In this document: in pieces, positions 1-9,693 of the stretch | How positions within the stretch are numbered: the stretch's first letter is position 1 | Layout of the letters: every line of letters begins with the position of its first letter | DNA from: Salinispira sp. | Lineage (GTDB): Bacteria; Spirochaetota; Spirochaetia; DSM-27196; Salinispiraceae | Assembly (NCBI GenBank): GCA_965602015.1 | Contig: OZ271918.1 | Span: 3,680,001 to 3,744,000 of the forward strand | Reading direction: 5' to 3' | Length of the DNA: 64,000 nucleotides | Position numbers and translations under genes: made by a program | Notes under the pieces: model-generated | What the model was told of the DNA's origin: nothing | Database searches by the model: none | What the model saw: only the letters and a program-made list of their open reading frames with translations

Positions 1-2010
1 GATCCCGGAGCCCCTGTCGGACAGACCCTTGGAGAATACCTGGGGATCAAGCGCGACGTTCTCCTGGATATTGATAACAAATCGATTACCCACCGTCCGG
101 ATCTCTGGGGCCACTACGGCATGGCCAGGGAATTTGCCGCGGCATTTGGAAAGACCCTTGCCAGGCCTTTTGACCAGGCATGGGAGAAGTCCCTCAAGGA
201 GCGCTTCGACGGCGGTGAATCACCGGTCAGCGTCGAAGTGCAGGAGGGAAGCGCCTGCCTGGGATACCTGGGGCTCAGCGTTGACGGCATAACTGTCCAG
301 CCAAGTCCCCAATGGATGCAGCAACGGCTTATTTCATGCGGGCTTCGTCCTATTAATAACATCGTCGATATATCCAACTACGTGATGCTTGAGCTCGGTC
401 ATCCGAACCACATTTTTGACCGGGACACCATCCACGGGGGCAGGATTATCGTGAAGGATATGGACGGGGAGATCACCTTCGTGACCCTCGACGAGATGGA
501 GCGGACCATCGTTCCCGGCGACACCATGGTCTGCGATGCCGAAGGTCCCTCGGTAATCGGCGGCATCATGGGGGGGCTGGACAGCTCGGTCAAGGACGGC
601 ACCAGCCGGGTGTTTATTGAAGTTGCCAATTGGGTCGATGCCCGGATTCGTCACACATCCACCCGTCTCGGTCTCCGCACTGATTCGAGCCAACGATATG
701 AAAAATCCCTCGATTCGAACGGCATGGAGCGGGTGGTGCTGCGCATTCTCGAACTTATCGTGGAAAGCTGCCCCAAGGCAAAGGTCCGGGGAAAGATCGA
801 AGCCGATGGAGTAAAGTACACCCCCGAGTTGAACATCGAGCTGACTCCCCGACGGGTCAACTCGATTTTGGGAACCACCCTGGATGCCGAACAGATCAGT
901 TCCTACCTTCGGGCCCTGGACTTTTCCGTACAGAGCGGCGAGGGCGACGCCCTCACAGTGGGCGTCCCCAGTTTCCGGGCGACCAAGGACGTTGAAGTTG
1001 ATGCGGACCTGATCGAAGAGGTCGGGCGGATCCACGGCTATGACAAGCTGGAACCACTGGCGCCGCACAATGAAATTACCGCCGTGAGACTCTCTCCAGG
1101 AAAACGCCTGGAGCGAAAAATCGCAGATTTTCTGGTGTACCGGGGTCGGGCCCTGGAAGTGTACAGTTACCCGATGGTCGGCGAGAAGCTCCTCGATCAG
1201 GCTGCATGGCATGTGAAAAACCCCACATTAGTTCTGGCAAACGCAATCAGTCCGGAGACCGACAGGATGCGCCCGTCGCTGGTTCCCTCTCTTCTGGAAA
1301 AAACCGCGCTGAACCAGAAAAACTATACCCGCAGCCGGTTCTTTGAGATGGGGCGAAGCTATGTGGAAGACGATAAAAACTTCAGCGAGGACCGTCATCA
1401 GCTGGGAATCGTGTATTACGATAGAAGTTCTTCTCCATTCGTGGAGCTGCTCAATCTGCTGCAGGACTTGTTTGCCAATGTGAGCATCAACGCCCGATTC
1501 ACCGAGCCCTCGGAAAAACACCCAAATCCCTTTCATCCCCAAAACTGGCTAGGATGTCATCCCCGGGAAATGCTCGAGGTCCGGGTGATGGGAAAGACCG
1601 CGGGATTTGTCACCAGCATTCACCCCCTCATGAACCGAAATTTCAAGATTAAGGGCAATGTGGCAATGGCCCTCATCGACATGACCGATTTCATGGAACG
1701 GGAGATTCCCGATAAAACTACATACCTCCCGCTGCCCAAATACCCGGGTTCCACCTTCGATTGCACTGTGACAACAGATCACCGAACTCCGGTAGCGGAA
1801 ATCGTCGCTGCGGCTTCCAAGGCGGGCATTAATGAAATGGTGGATCTCCGCATTGTAGACGTCTATGCTCCGTCGGGTCAGCCCAAAGCCGTAACCCTCA
1901 GGGTGTGGTTTCTGGACAGGAAGAAAACCCTGAGCCCTGAGTTTATTGCTTCGGCGGAGCAGAAGCTTATCGAAACCCTGGAGAGCCGCGGTTTTCCGTT
2001 GAAGCAGTGA
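1..2010 (+). CDS. pheT: Phenylalanine--tRNA ligase beta subunit (5' end outside window)
   Basis: Frame is open from base 1 (DIDNKSITHRPDLWGHYGMARE). Contains B3/4 motifs (GLRPINNIVDISNYVMLELG), B5 motif DLIEEVGRIHGYD and a C-terminal anticodon-binding domain. Confidence 0.97.
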   Translation, partial: DPGAPVGQTLGEYLGIKRDVLLDIDNKSITHRPDLWGHYGMAREFAAAFGKTLARPFDQAWEKSLKERFDGGESPVSVEVQEGSACLGYLGLSVDGITVQPSPQWMQQRLISCGLRPINNIVDISNYVMLELGHPNHIFDRDTIHGGRIIVKDMDGEITFVTLDEMERTIVPGDTMVCDAEGPSVIGGIMGGLDSSVKDGTSRVFIEVANWVDARIRHTSTRLGLRTDSSQRYEKSLDSNGMERVVLRILELIVESCPKAKVRGKIEADGVKYTPELNIELTPRRVNSILGTTLDAEQISSYLRALDFSVQSGEGDALTVGVPSFRATKDVEVDADLIEEVGRIHGYDKLEPLAPHNEITAVRLSPGKRLERKIADFLVYRGRALEVYSYPMVGEKLLDQAAWHVKNPTLVLANAISPETDRMRPSLVPSLLEKTALNQKNYTRSRFFEMGRSYVEDDKNFSEDRHQLGIVYYDRSSSPFVELLNLLQDLFANVSINARFTEPSEKHPNPFHPQNWLGCHPREMLEVRVMGKTAGFVTSIHPLMNRNFKIKGNVAMALIDMTDFMEREIPDKTTYLPLPKYPGSTFDCTVTTDHRTPVAEIVAAASKAGINEMVDLRIVDVYAPSGQPKAVTLRVWFLDRKKTLSPEFIASAEQKLIETLESRGFPLKQ

Positions 2011-2011
2011 G

Positions 2012-3271
2012 ATGGCAGTGGTGAAAAACCGCTTTACTCCCTTCTCCATATATCGCCAGCTCGGCCGCCCGGTGTACGTCATCGTGGCGGCCACCATTAT
2101 CAATCGCTTCGGCGATTTCGTCTTTCCCTTCCTGGCTCTCTATCTTACAACCCGCCTGGGTTACCAGGAATCCGCGGCGGGATTCACCGTCATGCTGGTG
2201 GGAAGCGGCAGTTTCATCGGAGCCCTGGCCGGCGGAAGGATTGCCGACAAATACGGGCGCCGGCGGCTTTTGACCGGTGCATACGCATTGTCGGGGCTTG
2301 TTATTTTCATGGCGGGTTTTCTCGTCGAGGACCCGTCCATGCAGGCGGTTCTGTTGCCCATACTGGTGGTTAACGGGATGACAAAAGGCGCGGTGCGGCC
2401 TGCGCTCCGGTCAATCCTTACTGACCTTAGCCGTCCCGAGCGGCGAAAGGACGCGTTTTCACTTAACTATCTGGGAATTAATATCGGCGTTGCCCTCGGG
2501 CCTCTTGTAGCGGGCTTCCTGTTTGAGAATTTTCTTTCCTGGCTGTTTTGGGGCGATGCATTGACCTCGACTGTTGCAGCTATTCTCATCCTGAGCTTTG
2601 TCCCGGAATCCAGACCGGAAAATGATCATGAACTGACGGGTGACGAAGCGTTCGAGAACGATCCACCTATCCGGGCGTTTTTGCGCCGCCCCCTCGTCCT
2701 GCTCTTCACCATCGCCATGGCTTTTCAGGGACTGGTTTATGCCCAGTTCGGATTCTCCCTGCCGCTGCACATCAACACCCTGTTTGAAAACGGTCCCCGG
2801 CGATTCGCCCAGGTCATCAGCTTTAATGCGGTTTTGGTCCTGGCTTTGACGCCCCTGTTTACCCGCCTGACGGCAAAGTACCACGCGCTGGTCATGAGTG
2901 CCGTGGCGTCGGCCCTTTATGTCGTGGGATTCGGCGTCCTTGCCTTCGAACCTGTGTGGGGGATTTTCTTCGGGGTGACGGCGGTGTGGACTTCCGGGGA
3001 AATTATTGCAGTGATACACCAAATGGGGTATTTCTCGCGGCTGATCCCCGGCAATTACCGGGGTCAGTTTAACTCTTATTCTTCAATCATGATGCAGGCC
3101 GCCCATGTGGGATCTCCCGCCATCGGCGGCCTGGTCATCGCCGCGGCGGGCATTTCCGGGTTGTGGGCGGCAGTTTCATCCCTCGCGGCGCTTTCCATTG
3201 CGGGCTTCCTGCTGATGTGGCGCTATGAGGAGCGCTTGCGCTACAAACCGCCGGTGAGCAGCGCTCGGTAA
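2012..3271 (+). CDS. MFS transporter
   Basis: About 12 hydrophobic segments; motif A GRIADKYGRRR; starts 1 nt after the pheT stop. Confidence 0.92.
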   Translation: MAVVKNRFTPFSIYRQLGRPVYVIVAATIINRFGDFVFPFLALYLTTRLGYQESAAGFTVMLVGSGSFIGALAGGRIADKYGRRRLLTGAYALSGLVIFMAGFLVEDPSMQAVLLPILVVNGMTKGAVRPALRSILTDLSRPERRKDAFSLNYLGINIGVALGPLVAGFLFENFLSWLFWGDALTSTVAAILILSFVPESRPENDHELTGDEAFENDPPIRAFLRRPLVLLFTIAMAFQGLVYAQFGFSLPLHINTLFENGPRRFAQVISFNAVLVLALTPLFTRLTAKYHALVMSAVASALYVVGFGVLAFEPVWGIFFGVTAVWTSGEIIAVIHQMGYFSRLIPGNYRGQFNSYSSIMMQAAHVGSPAIGGLVIAAAGISGLWAAVSSLAALSIAGFLLMWRYEERLRYKPPVSSAR

Positions 3272-5065
3272 TCAGCGCCCGGTGATCACGGCGATATCGA
3301 AGGCTCCCGGGCCGCCATGGGCTCCCAGCACCGGGGTTATTTCGTCGATGTAATCCGGGGTCACGCCGATTTCGGCGGTGATCCTCTCCGCAATTGCCTC
3401 GGCGCGCTCCGGATCGTGGCCGTGAACGATTGCCAGATTTGTTATGGTTTTCTCCCTGTGAAGATCGGTCAGCATAGTGAGAATTTTGTCTTCGCACTGC
3501 TGCTGGCTGAATGCCTTGTCGCGGAAAAAGGCCTTGCCGTCGTCGGTGACGCCGATGATGGGTTTGATGTTTAATATGCGCCCGATGAGTCCCTTGAGAG
3601 GACTGACCCGTCCGCCCCTGACAAAATTCTTCAGGTTCCGGGCGAATACAAAGCTGTGGGTGCGCTTCCGGTTTTTATGAATGTTCTCCACCACCTCGTC
3701 ATGGCTGAGCCCGGCTTCGATATCCAGGGCGGCCCGTCGAACCAGAAGGCCCATGCCCGCCGCGGTTTCAAGGGTGTCGACGGTGGAAATCTTCGCCCCT
3801 TCGAAGGTATCCGCCGCCTGGCGGGAACTGTTGTAGGTTCCCGACAGCGCCGATGAAAGACTGACGGAAATAACCGAGGTGTAGTGGCTCGTCAAATGAT
3901 CGTACAGCTTGCTGTAGGTTTTCACATTCGGTTGACTGGTGCGGGGGAAGTCCTTCTCGCTTTCCATCATCGAATAAAACTTTTCCGGCTTGATGGTCAG
4001 CCCGTCGAGGTACTGAACATCGCCGAAGTTCAGCATTAGGGGCACCTCGTATATCTGATGTTCATCGAGGAACTCCTCGGGAAGGTCGCATGTCGAATCG
4101 ACCACCAATGCGATTTCGGATTTTCTCGCGTGTACCATCTGGTACTGGCGATGCATGTCATCGGCCTTCTGTTCCTTTATCTCCCCGAAATTTCTGAGAG
4201 TGTGGAAAACTTTATCGGGACGGTCGCTGTGAATGTGAACTCTCGCAAGTTTAGAGCTGCCGGCTACAATAAGACTGTCTCCGAACTGCTCCATGGCGCT
4301 TCGAACCGATTCGAGATCGATTTGTTCTCCGGTAATGTATCCCTCGGTGCAGTAGCGGTACGTAAGATCTTCGTCGGCCTCAATCTCTTCGTGATGCTCT
4401 GCGCTGGCGGTGAAATGAATCTCAGGTCTGACATTGTCCTGGAGATGGTCAACCTTGGCCCCCTGCTCGAGGAAATCCTGAAAACCCTCGAGGAAGGCAA
4501 CAAAACCTTTGGCGCCCGCGTCGATTACGTTGGCTTTTCTCAGGGCTTCGAGCTTGTCCTTGGTGGTGCTCAGACTGGCTCGGGCGCTTTTCATGGCCTG
4601 GCGCATCAGGGCTTTGAAATCCTCTGCGCTAATATGCTTTTCCCGGATGGTTTCGGCGAAATCCCGCATAACCGTGAGCATTGTGCCTTCCACGGGATTG
4701 CTGATTGCGCTGTATGCCGACCGGGCGGCGTGGTGGACCGCATTGGAAAACCGTTCAATGGTGATGCTCGACGCATCGCCGATTTTTTCCGCCATACCGT
4801 TCACGAATTGGGCGAACAGTATGCCCGAGTTGCCCCGGGCTCCGCTGAGCGCCGATTCCGCCAGGCTCTGCATGGTCTGGCCGGCATGGGGGAATACCGA
4901 ACTCTGTTCGATAATGCTCTTCACGGTGAACGACAGGTTTGACCCCGTATCGCCGTCCGGCACGGGGAACACGTTCATCTTATTCAGATCTTCCCGCTGG
5001 GAGATGACCGCCTGTCCCCCGGCAGCGAATGCGTAATACAGTTGTTTTCCGGAAATTTCTGTCAT
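3272..5065 (-). CDS. DAK2 (FakA-like) - DegV (FakB-like) fusion, putative fatty acid kinase
   Basis: N-terminal LNKMNVFPVPDGDTGSNL, GARGNSG and EGTMLTV (DAK2); middle YRYCTE and GDSLIVA; C-terminal DegV motifs DSTCDL, TSQP, LSSALSGTY, RGGRVS. ATG at 5065 is preceded by GGAGG. Confidence 0.92.
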   Translation of the reverse strand: MTEISGKQLYYAFAAGGQAVISQREDLNKMNVFPVPDGDTGSNLSFTVKSIIEQSSVFPHAGQTMQSLAESALSGARGNSGILFAQFVNGMAEKIGDASSITIERFSNAVHHAARSAYSAISNPVEGTMLTVMRDFAETIREKHISAEDFKALMRQAMKSARASLSTTKDKLEALRKANVIDAGAKGFVAFLEGFQDFLEQGAKVDHLQDNVRPEIHFTASAEHHEEIEADEDLTYRYCTEGYITGEQIDLESVRSAMEQFGDSLIVAGSSKLARVHIHSDRPDKVFHTLRNFGEIKEQKADDMHRQYQMVHARKSEIALVVDSTCDLPEEFLDEHQIYEVPLMLNFGDVQYLDGLTIKPEKFYSMMESEKDFPRTSQPNVKTYSKLYDHLTSHYTSVISVSLSSALSGTYNSSRQAADTFEGAKISTVDTLETAAGMGLLVRRAALDIEAGLSHDEVVENIHKNRKRTHSFVFARNLKNFVRGGRVSPLKGLIGRILNIKPIIGVTDDGKAFFRDKAFSQQQCEDKILTMLTDLHREKTITNLAIVHGHDPERAEAIAERITAEIGVTPDYIDEITPVLGAHGGPGAFDIAVITGR

Positions 5066-5260
5066 AATTCCCTCCATTGTTCTTACATAAGGTACCATGG
5101 TACCTGTGAGATGGCAATTTTGCCCCGGTTGCGCGCTGTTTCGATACACGCCGCGCAAAGTGTATAAATGAATGCGATTCAGGATTATAGGGTGACAGAA
5201 CCCTTTTCGCAAGGGTATTCTGCATGGGTCCGGCGGCAGAACGGCCGGTGAGGAGGTCGT

Positions 5261-5938
5261 ATGAACTGGCTATTGATGGCGGGGCTGACAGCCCTCGGGT
5301 ACCTGCTCGGTTCGTTTCCCACGAGCATCATTGCCGGAAGACTCGCCAAGGGCATAGATATTCGGGAGCACGGAAGCGGCAATGCCGGCGCGACCAACAC
5401 GGTCAGGGTTCTCGGCGGCCGCTGGGGCATTGCCGTCGGCCTGGTGGATCTGGCCAAAGGCTGGCTCGCGGCATTTCTTCCCATGGCATTCGGCGCCCCC
5501 CTGTTTATTCAGGTGCTTGCCGGGGTGGCCGCAGTGGCGGGCCACGCGTTTCCGCTTTTCGCCGGATTCCGCGGGGGTAAGGGTGTAGCCACCGGGGCCG
5601 GCATGCTCCTGAGCCTGTATCCCCTGGCCTTTGTCATCTGCCTGTCGGTCTTTACGGTTTTGCTGTTCCTCACCGGGATGGTCTCCGTCGGGAGCATTGC
5701 CGCGGCGCTGACCCTTCCGACGGCGGTGCTGTTCACCGGCGGGGCGTTTTCGTCTATGAGGAACGGCTCCTGGGCATTGGTCAGCCGGGGAGATCTCAGC
5801 GAGATAGGGTTCTGGCTGTTCAGTCTTCTTCTCGGACTATTCGTGATCTTCCTGCACCGCAAAAATATCGGAAGGATATTTCGGGGCGAGGAGCGCCGTT
5901 TCGAAAAGATTTGGCTTCTAAAACCGCGGAGCAAGTAA
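5261..5938 (+). CDS. plsY: Glycerol-3-phosphate acyltransferase PlsY
   Basis: Motifs YLLGSFP, DIREHGSGNAGATN, GHAFP..FRGGKGVAT and HRKNI; AGGAGG upstream. Confidence 0.96.
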   Translation: MNWLLMAGLTALGYLLGSFPTSIIAGRLAKGIDIREHGSGNAGATNTVRVLGGRWGIAVGLVDLAKGWLAAFLPMAFGAPLFIQVLAGVAAVAGHAFPLFAGFRGGKGVATGAGMLLSLYPLAFVICLSVFTVLLFLTGMVSVGSIAAALTLPTAVLFTGGAFSSMRNGSWALVSRGDLSEIGFWLFSLLLGLFVIFLHRKNIGRIFRGEERRFEKIWLLKPRSK

Positions 5939-5999
5939 GGGCCGCAGCCAGAACCGAACTTTACTGGCAATCCTCCCGGGCTGAGAGTACAATGGTGAT

Positions 6000-6983
6000 A
6001 TGACACCGGATCAGCTCGGGCTCCCCACGATCATCATTCCTTACCCCGGGCCGTCTGAAGCATGGGGAGAGCAGGACATCTTTGTATATCTCCGCCCGGA
6101 AACAAACGGCGTGCTCGTTGAGAGCACCATGCTCAAGGTTATCAAATCAGCCGAAGAATACTCCTCAGCCATGAAGCTGGTATACATGGCGAATTTCCCC
6201 GGGGAATTCATCGTAAAAAATAACATTATAGAGCAGTACTATGCCCTCAAGCTGCATTTCGCCGTCATGGGGGCCAGGGCATTTACGGCGCCGATGAAGC
6301 GGCGTTTTAGCAGGTATTTTCACCGGGATTTTGAGTCAGCGGAAATAATCGGCGCATTTCAGGCTCTGCAGCGCTTTGACATGAAGCCCGAAGAGCTTTT
6401 CGGGCTTTGGGTCTCCGACGAAGACGTGGCCACCATAGCGGGTCAGTCCGTTAAGCGGGTGCGAGGAGCCTTCGTGGTCAATTACGACATCCCCGCGCTG
6501 CTCGATAAAAACAATAAAGGCACCGACATTGCCATCATGGTCTTCCGCACCAAACTGGGGTATTCCCATGTGCGGGGTCTGGTTCGGTCCATGCATTCCG
6601 CCCTGGTGAACGGAGGCATCATCAATCCGAAGTTCGATCCTTCCCGGGCTTTTCATTACTCGAAGGGTCCCTTCGAACAGATTATGGACGGTATCGGGTA
6701 CCTCTATACTCAAAACCGTCAGAAAATACACATGAAGGACTTTACCTTCGCCCACTATCTTATGGAACAGGGCATAGACGACCGGATTATCTGCGGCTGC
6801 CTCATGAATCCCATTGTCGGCATCGAGGATGATGACGGCGGTGTCGATGAAATCAACCTTTTTCAGCACACCTCCGGAATGAACTACAGCGAAGCCTTTT
6901 CCACCCTCCAACGGGTGCGGCATCAGACCATACTCATCCACCATGGGCCGCTTCTGCAGACCATCTGTCCCTGCTTTAACTGA
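6000..6983 (+). CDS. Hypothetical protein, probable divergent nucleoside-diphosphate-kinase-like fold
   Basis: 327-aa ORF with normal codon style. FVYLRPE resembles NDK F/IxIKP, and AFHYSKGPFE resembles the NDK phospho-His motif (H-x-S...E). The fold call is inference. Confidence 0.6.
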   Translation: MTPDQLGLPTIIIPYPGPSEAWGEQDIFVYLRPETNGVLVESTMLKVIKSAEEYSSAMKLVYMANFPGEFIVKNNIIEQYYALKLHFAVMGARAFTAPMKRRFSRYFHRDFESAEIIGAFQALQRFDMKPEELFGLWVSDEDVATIAGQSVKRVRGAFVVNYDIPALLDKNNKGTDIAIMVFRTKLGYSHVRGLVRSMHSALVNGGIINPKFDPSRAFHYSKGPFEQIMDGIGYLYTQNRQKIHMKDFTFAHYLMEQGIDDRIICGCLMNPIVGIEDDDGGVDEINLFQHTSGMNYSEAFSTLQRVRHQTILIHHGPLLQTICPCFN

Positions 6984-7542
6984 CGATTTTTACTTCCGAC
7001 ATAATTGCAAGACCGCCGATCTCTATTACCGGCGCCCCCGGAAGGGATTCGGGGTTTCTGTCCTTCCGTTTGATTTCAGCGAGAATAGGCGAGACATTGC
7101 TGATGAGGGCTACCCCTTCAGGCACCCGTATTTCCACTTCCGCCATAAGGCTGTAAATCTGGATTTTTGTCTCAGGGTATAGCCGCACGTCCCGGAGGTC
7201 GCAGCTCACCGAACCCATGAGCGCCTGGATGAGCACGCTGTCTTTGCGCAGCCAGTTTCCCGTGAGATCCTGTTCGCCCATAATTGCCAGAACCCGCTGC
7301 CGGTCTCGCCCTTCGGTTATGTCGCCGCTGGGCCGGCGCTGGGGATAATTGCCCGGGGAAGGCGCCCGGGGGGACTTCTTCAAATCGGCGATGACGAGCT
7401 CCAGATCTGTACTGTTTTCCGCGGCATTCGCCCGTTCCACCCGGTGCTCGTATTCCTCGGTGGTGAGGATGTCCGACGCAAAGCATTCGGTCAGATATTG
7501 AATGATCTGTTCCCTGTGCTGTTCCATTGAATAGTCGGCCAT
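6976..7542 (-). CDS. DUF1707 (SHOCT-like) plus LiaF/DUF2154-like C-terminal domain protein
   Basis: REQIIQYLTECFASDILTTEEYEHRVERA...LELVIADL matches DUF1707; C-terminal beta repeats (ALMGSVSCDLR, MAEVEIRVPEG). AAAGGAG upstream of ATG 7542. Confidence 0.8.
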   Translation of the reverse strand: MADYSMEQHREQIIQYLTECFASDILTTEEYEHRVERANAAENSTDLELVIADLKKSPRAPSPGNYPQRRPSGDITEGRDRQRVLAIMGEQDLTGNWLRKDSVLIQALMGSVSCDLRDVRLYPETKIQIYSLMAEVEIRVPEGVALISNVSPILAEIKRKDRNPESLPGAPVIEIGGLAIMSEVKIVS

Positions 7543-7602
7543 GTCCCGCTCCTTTTTTCCGGAAAACCGCGTAGCGGCGGTATTTCCATTTATACTGATA
7601 AT

Positions 7603-9693
7603 ATGGCATCCGAAGAGTACAGTGTACATGATTTTCTCCGGGAAGTGATTCCCTTTCGCTTCCTTTCCCCTGCACAGGCAAGGCGGCTTTCCGATGCCGC
7701 AGCGGTGAAAGACTATGCGCCCGACGCAGAGCTGGCCGGTCCGCAGAGCAATCAGCATCAGGTCTGCCTGGTTCTCGCCGGCAGGCTGACCATGGAAACC
7801 GGTGCTGCCCCGGGGCAAACGGCTCATCTCGGACCGGGACAGTTCTTTGGGGAGCGGGAAACCGTGCTCGAGGGATGTCCCGTACCGTCGGTGAGGAGTA
7901 TCTCATCATGCCGGGTCGCTCATGTTCCCGGTGAATCATTTCTTTCCCTTCTCGATGGAAACTCTTCCTTCGCCCAGTCCCTCGCTGCGGGCTTTCGAGA
8001 TCGACAGGGGCTGTTTCACGCCTTCGACCGGTTCCGTGCGGAATTAATGCGCGGCGTTGCAATGGGACATTTTGAAATCGGGGACATACTCGAGCACTAT
8101 CAACATCTGGAACCCGCCCTTCACCCCCATGCCCATGATGGCGAAACGATCGATTTCGGCGGACTACTCTATGCGGTTCGCCGGTTGCCGGCAAATATCA
8201 GCCGCACCTTTGCCCTCTTGCTGAGGGATGAGCTCCCGGAAGTTTTCGACGAACCTGGCGAATACCTCCGGGACATCCCCACAATGGCCCGCCGGCGCTC
8301 GGTCTGGGAGGTCCTCCCCGGGAAGGACATGGTGCTGCTGCGAAGCGGACTCAGCGATTTGACGGACCTGATAAGCTGCCTCTGCCTGTACGCCGTCGAG
8401 GCGAGAAAGCTCAGGCGTCGGATATACGCAGGCAGGAGCTTTACCGTAATGAAAAACTGGCTTGCGGATGGCGGGAACTACGTTTCGCCGGGAGTCGAAA
8501 GTCTCCAGGTAGCGAAGACACTCTTGGACTCAATGGGATTCAGCGCCGGCGAAACCGATGAACTAGCCGCCATTTGGCCCGGTAAGACGATACAGCGTCT
8601 TCAGGAAATCGGTCTCCACCGTGAGATGTTTAGCATCGACGTGCGGCGGCATCGCAACCGTCACAACAGCAGGACGGCTGAGCTCTGGACGAGTCAGATA
8701 GCCGATGCTGTGCGCGCCCTCATCGGCGCGGATCCGGCGGATTTTGATCCGGATTTCCAGGTTCACATAGTGAGCAGCAACACCCATTCGGTACCCAATT
8801 GCCTGAACCCCTGGTATGGAGAAAACCGGGAAGTCCTGCTCACATGGGCACAGGACAGGGGCCACTCGGCCTGCCAGTTTCATTGGAATAATTCAATGGA
8901 TATGGTGTACGCCGTAGCTCGCGATTATTTTGCGGCGAATCCCTCAGCCATATCTGAGGTGAAATCCAGGGAGGCCGACCGAGGCATAGTCGCCGTCCCA
9001 AAAACCCTTGCTACGGGAATCGAAGTTCAGATCATCGATATGAAAAAGGCCTTTGCCGAAGGCATAGATGAACGAATAGACGAACGCATAAGCGCCGAAA
9101 GAAGCCCTGCCCGGGGTATCATTGTCAACATCGATTATGCATTCGGACAGCAGGCCGAAACGGTATTGCGAAGTCTTTTGCTGCTTTTTCACCGTAATGT
9201 GAAATCGGTCAATTTCCTCGGGAAGGCTGGAGCCCTTCGGGGAAGCCGCGGGGATGTGCTGGCCCCCACCTGCTTTATTCAGCAGCTTGGAGATGAGGTG
9301 CAGGAGATTATTCCGGTTCATACCGGCTCGCTTGAACGCATGCGTGTGCTTATGGGAAGCGGGCGTGTCCATAGCGGCCCCATGGTCACCGTAGAGGGAA
9401 CCCTGCTGCAGAACCGGATTATGCTGCATTATTACCGCCGGCTCTGGGGCGCCGTGGGCATCGAGATGGAGGGGGCCTATTATCATCATCAACTCTGCGA
9501 GGGAAAAAGGACGGGGATTATCCCGGAACATATCGAGCAGCGGTACTTCTATTATGTCTCTGATCTGCCGTTGGGGAACGCTCACAATCTCTCGGTGCCC
9601 ATGGCCGCCGCAGAAGGCGTGCCGCCGCTGTACGCCATAACCGCCGAGGTTTTACGGGGTATTGCCGGAGGATCAGCCGAGGATATCGGATAG
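7603..9693 (+). CDS. Cyclic-nucleotide-binding domain fused to a purine nucleosidase/phosphorylase-fold domain (DUF6909-like)
   Basis: N-terminal cNMP-like domain (PFRFLS, LVLAGRL, LGPGQFFGE); C-terminal PNP/AMP-nucleosidase-type motifs FLGKAGAL, GDVLAP, GIEMEG, YYVSDLPL; HIVSSNTHSV. Confidence 0.75.
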   Translation: MASEEYSVHDFLREVIPFRFLSPAQARRLSDAAAVKDYAPDAELAGPQSNQHQVCLVLAGRLTMETGAAPGQTAHLGPGQFFGERETVLEGCPVPSVRSISSCRVAHVPGESFLSLLDGNSSFAQSLAAGFRDRQGLFHAFDRFRAELMRGVAMGHFEIGDILEHYQHLEPALHPHAHDGETIDFGGLLYAVRRLPANISRTFALLLRDELPEVFDEPGEYLRDIPTMARRRSVWEVLPGKDMVLLRSGLSDLTDLISCLCLYAVEARKLRRRIYAGRSFTVMKNWLADGGNYVSPGVESLQVAKTLLDSMGFSAGETDELAAIWPGKTIQRLQEIGLHREMFSIDVRRHRNRHNSRTAELWTSQIADAVRALIGADPADFDPDFQVHIVSSNTHSVPNCLNPWYGENREVLLTWAQDRGHSACQFHWNNSMDMVYAVARDYFAANPSAISEVKSREADRGIVAVPKTLATGIEVQIIDMKKAFAEGIDERIDERISAERSPARGIIVNIDYAFGQQAETVLRSLLLLFHRNVKSVNFLGKAGALRGSRGDVLAPTCFIQQLGDEVQEIIPVHTGSLERMRVLMGSGRVHSGPMVTVEGTLLQNRIMLHYYRRLWGAVGIEMEGAYYHHQLCEGKRTGIIPEHIEQRYFYYVSDLPLGNAHNLSVPMAAAEGVPPLYAITAEVLRGIAGGSAEDIG

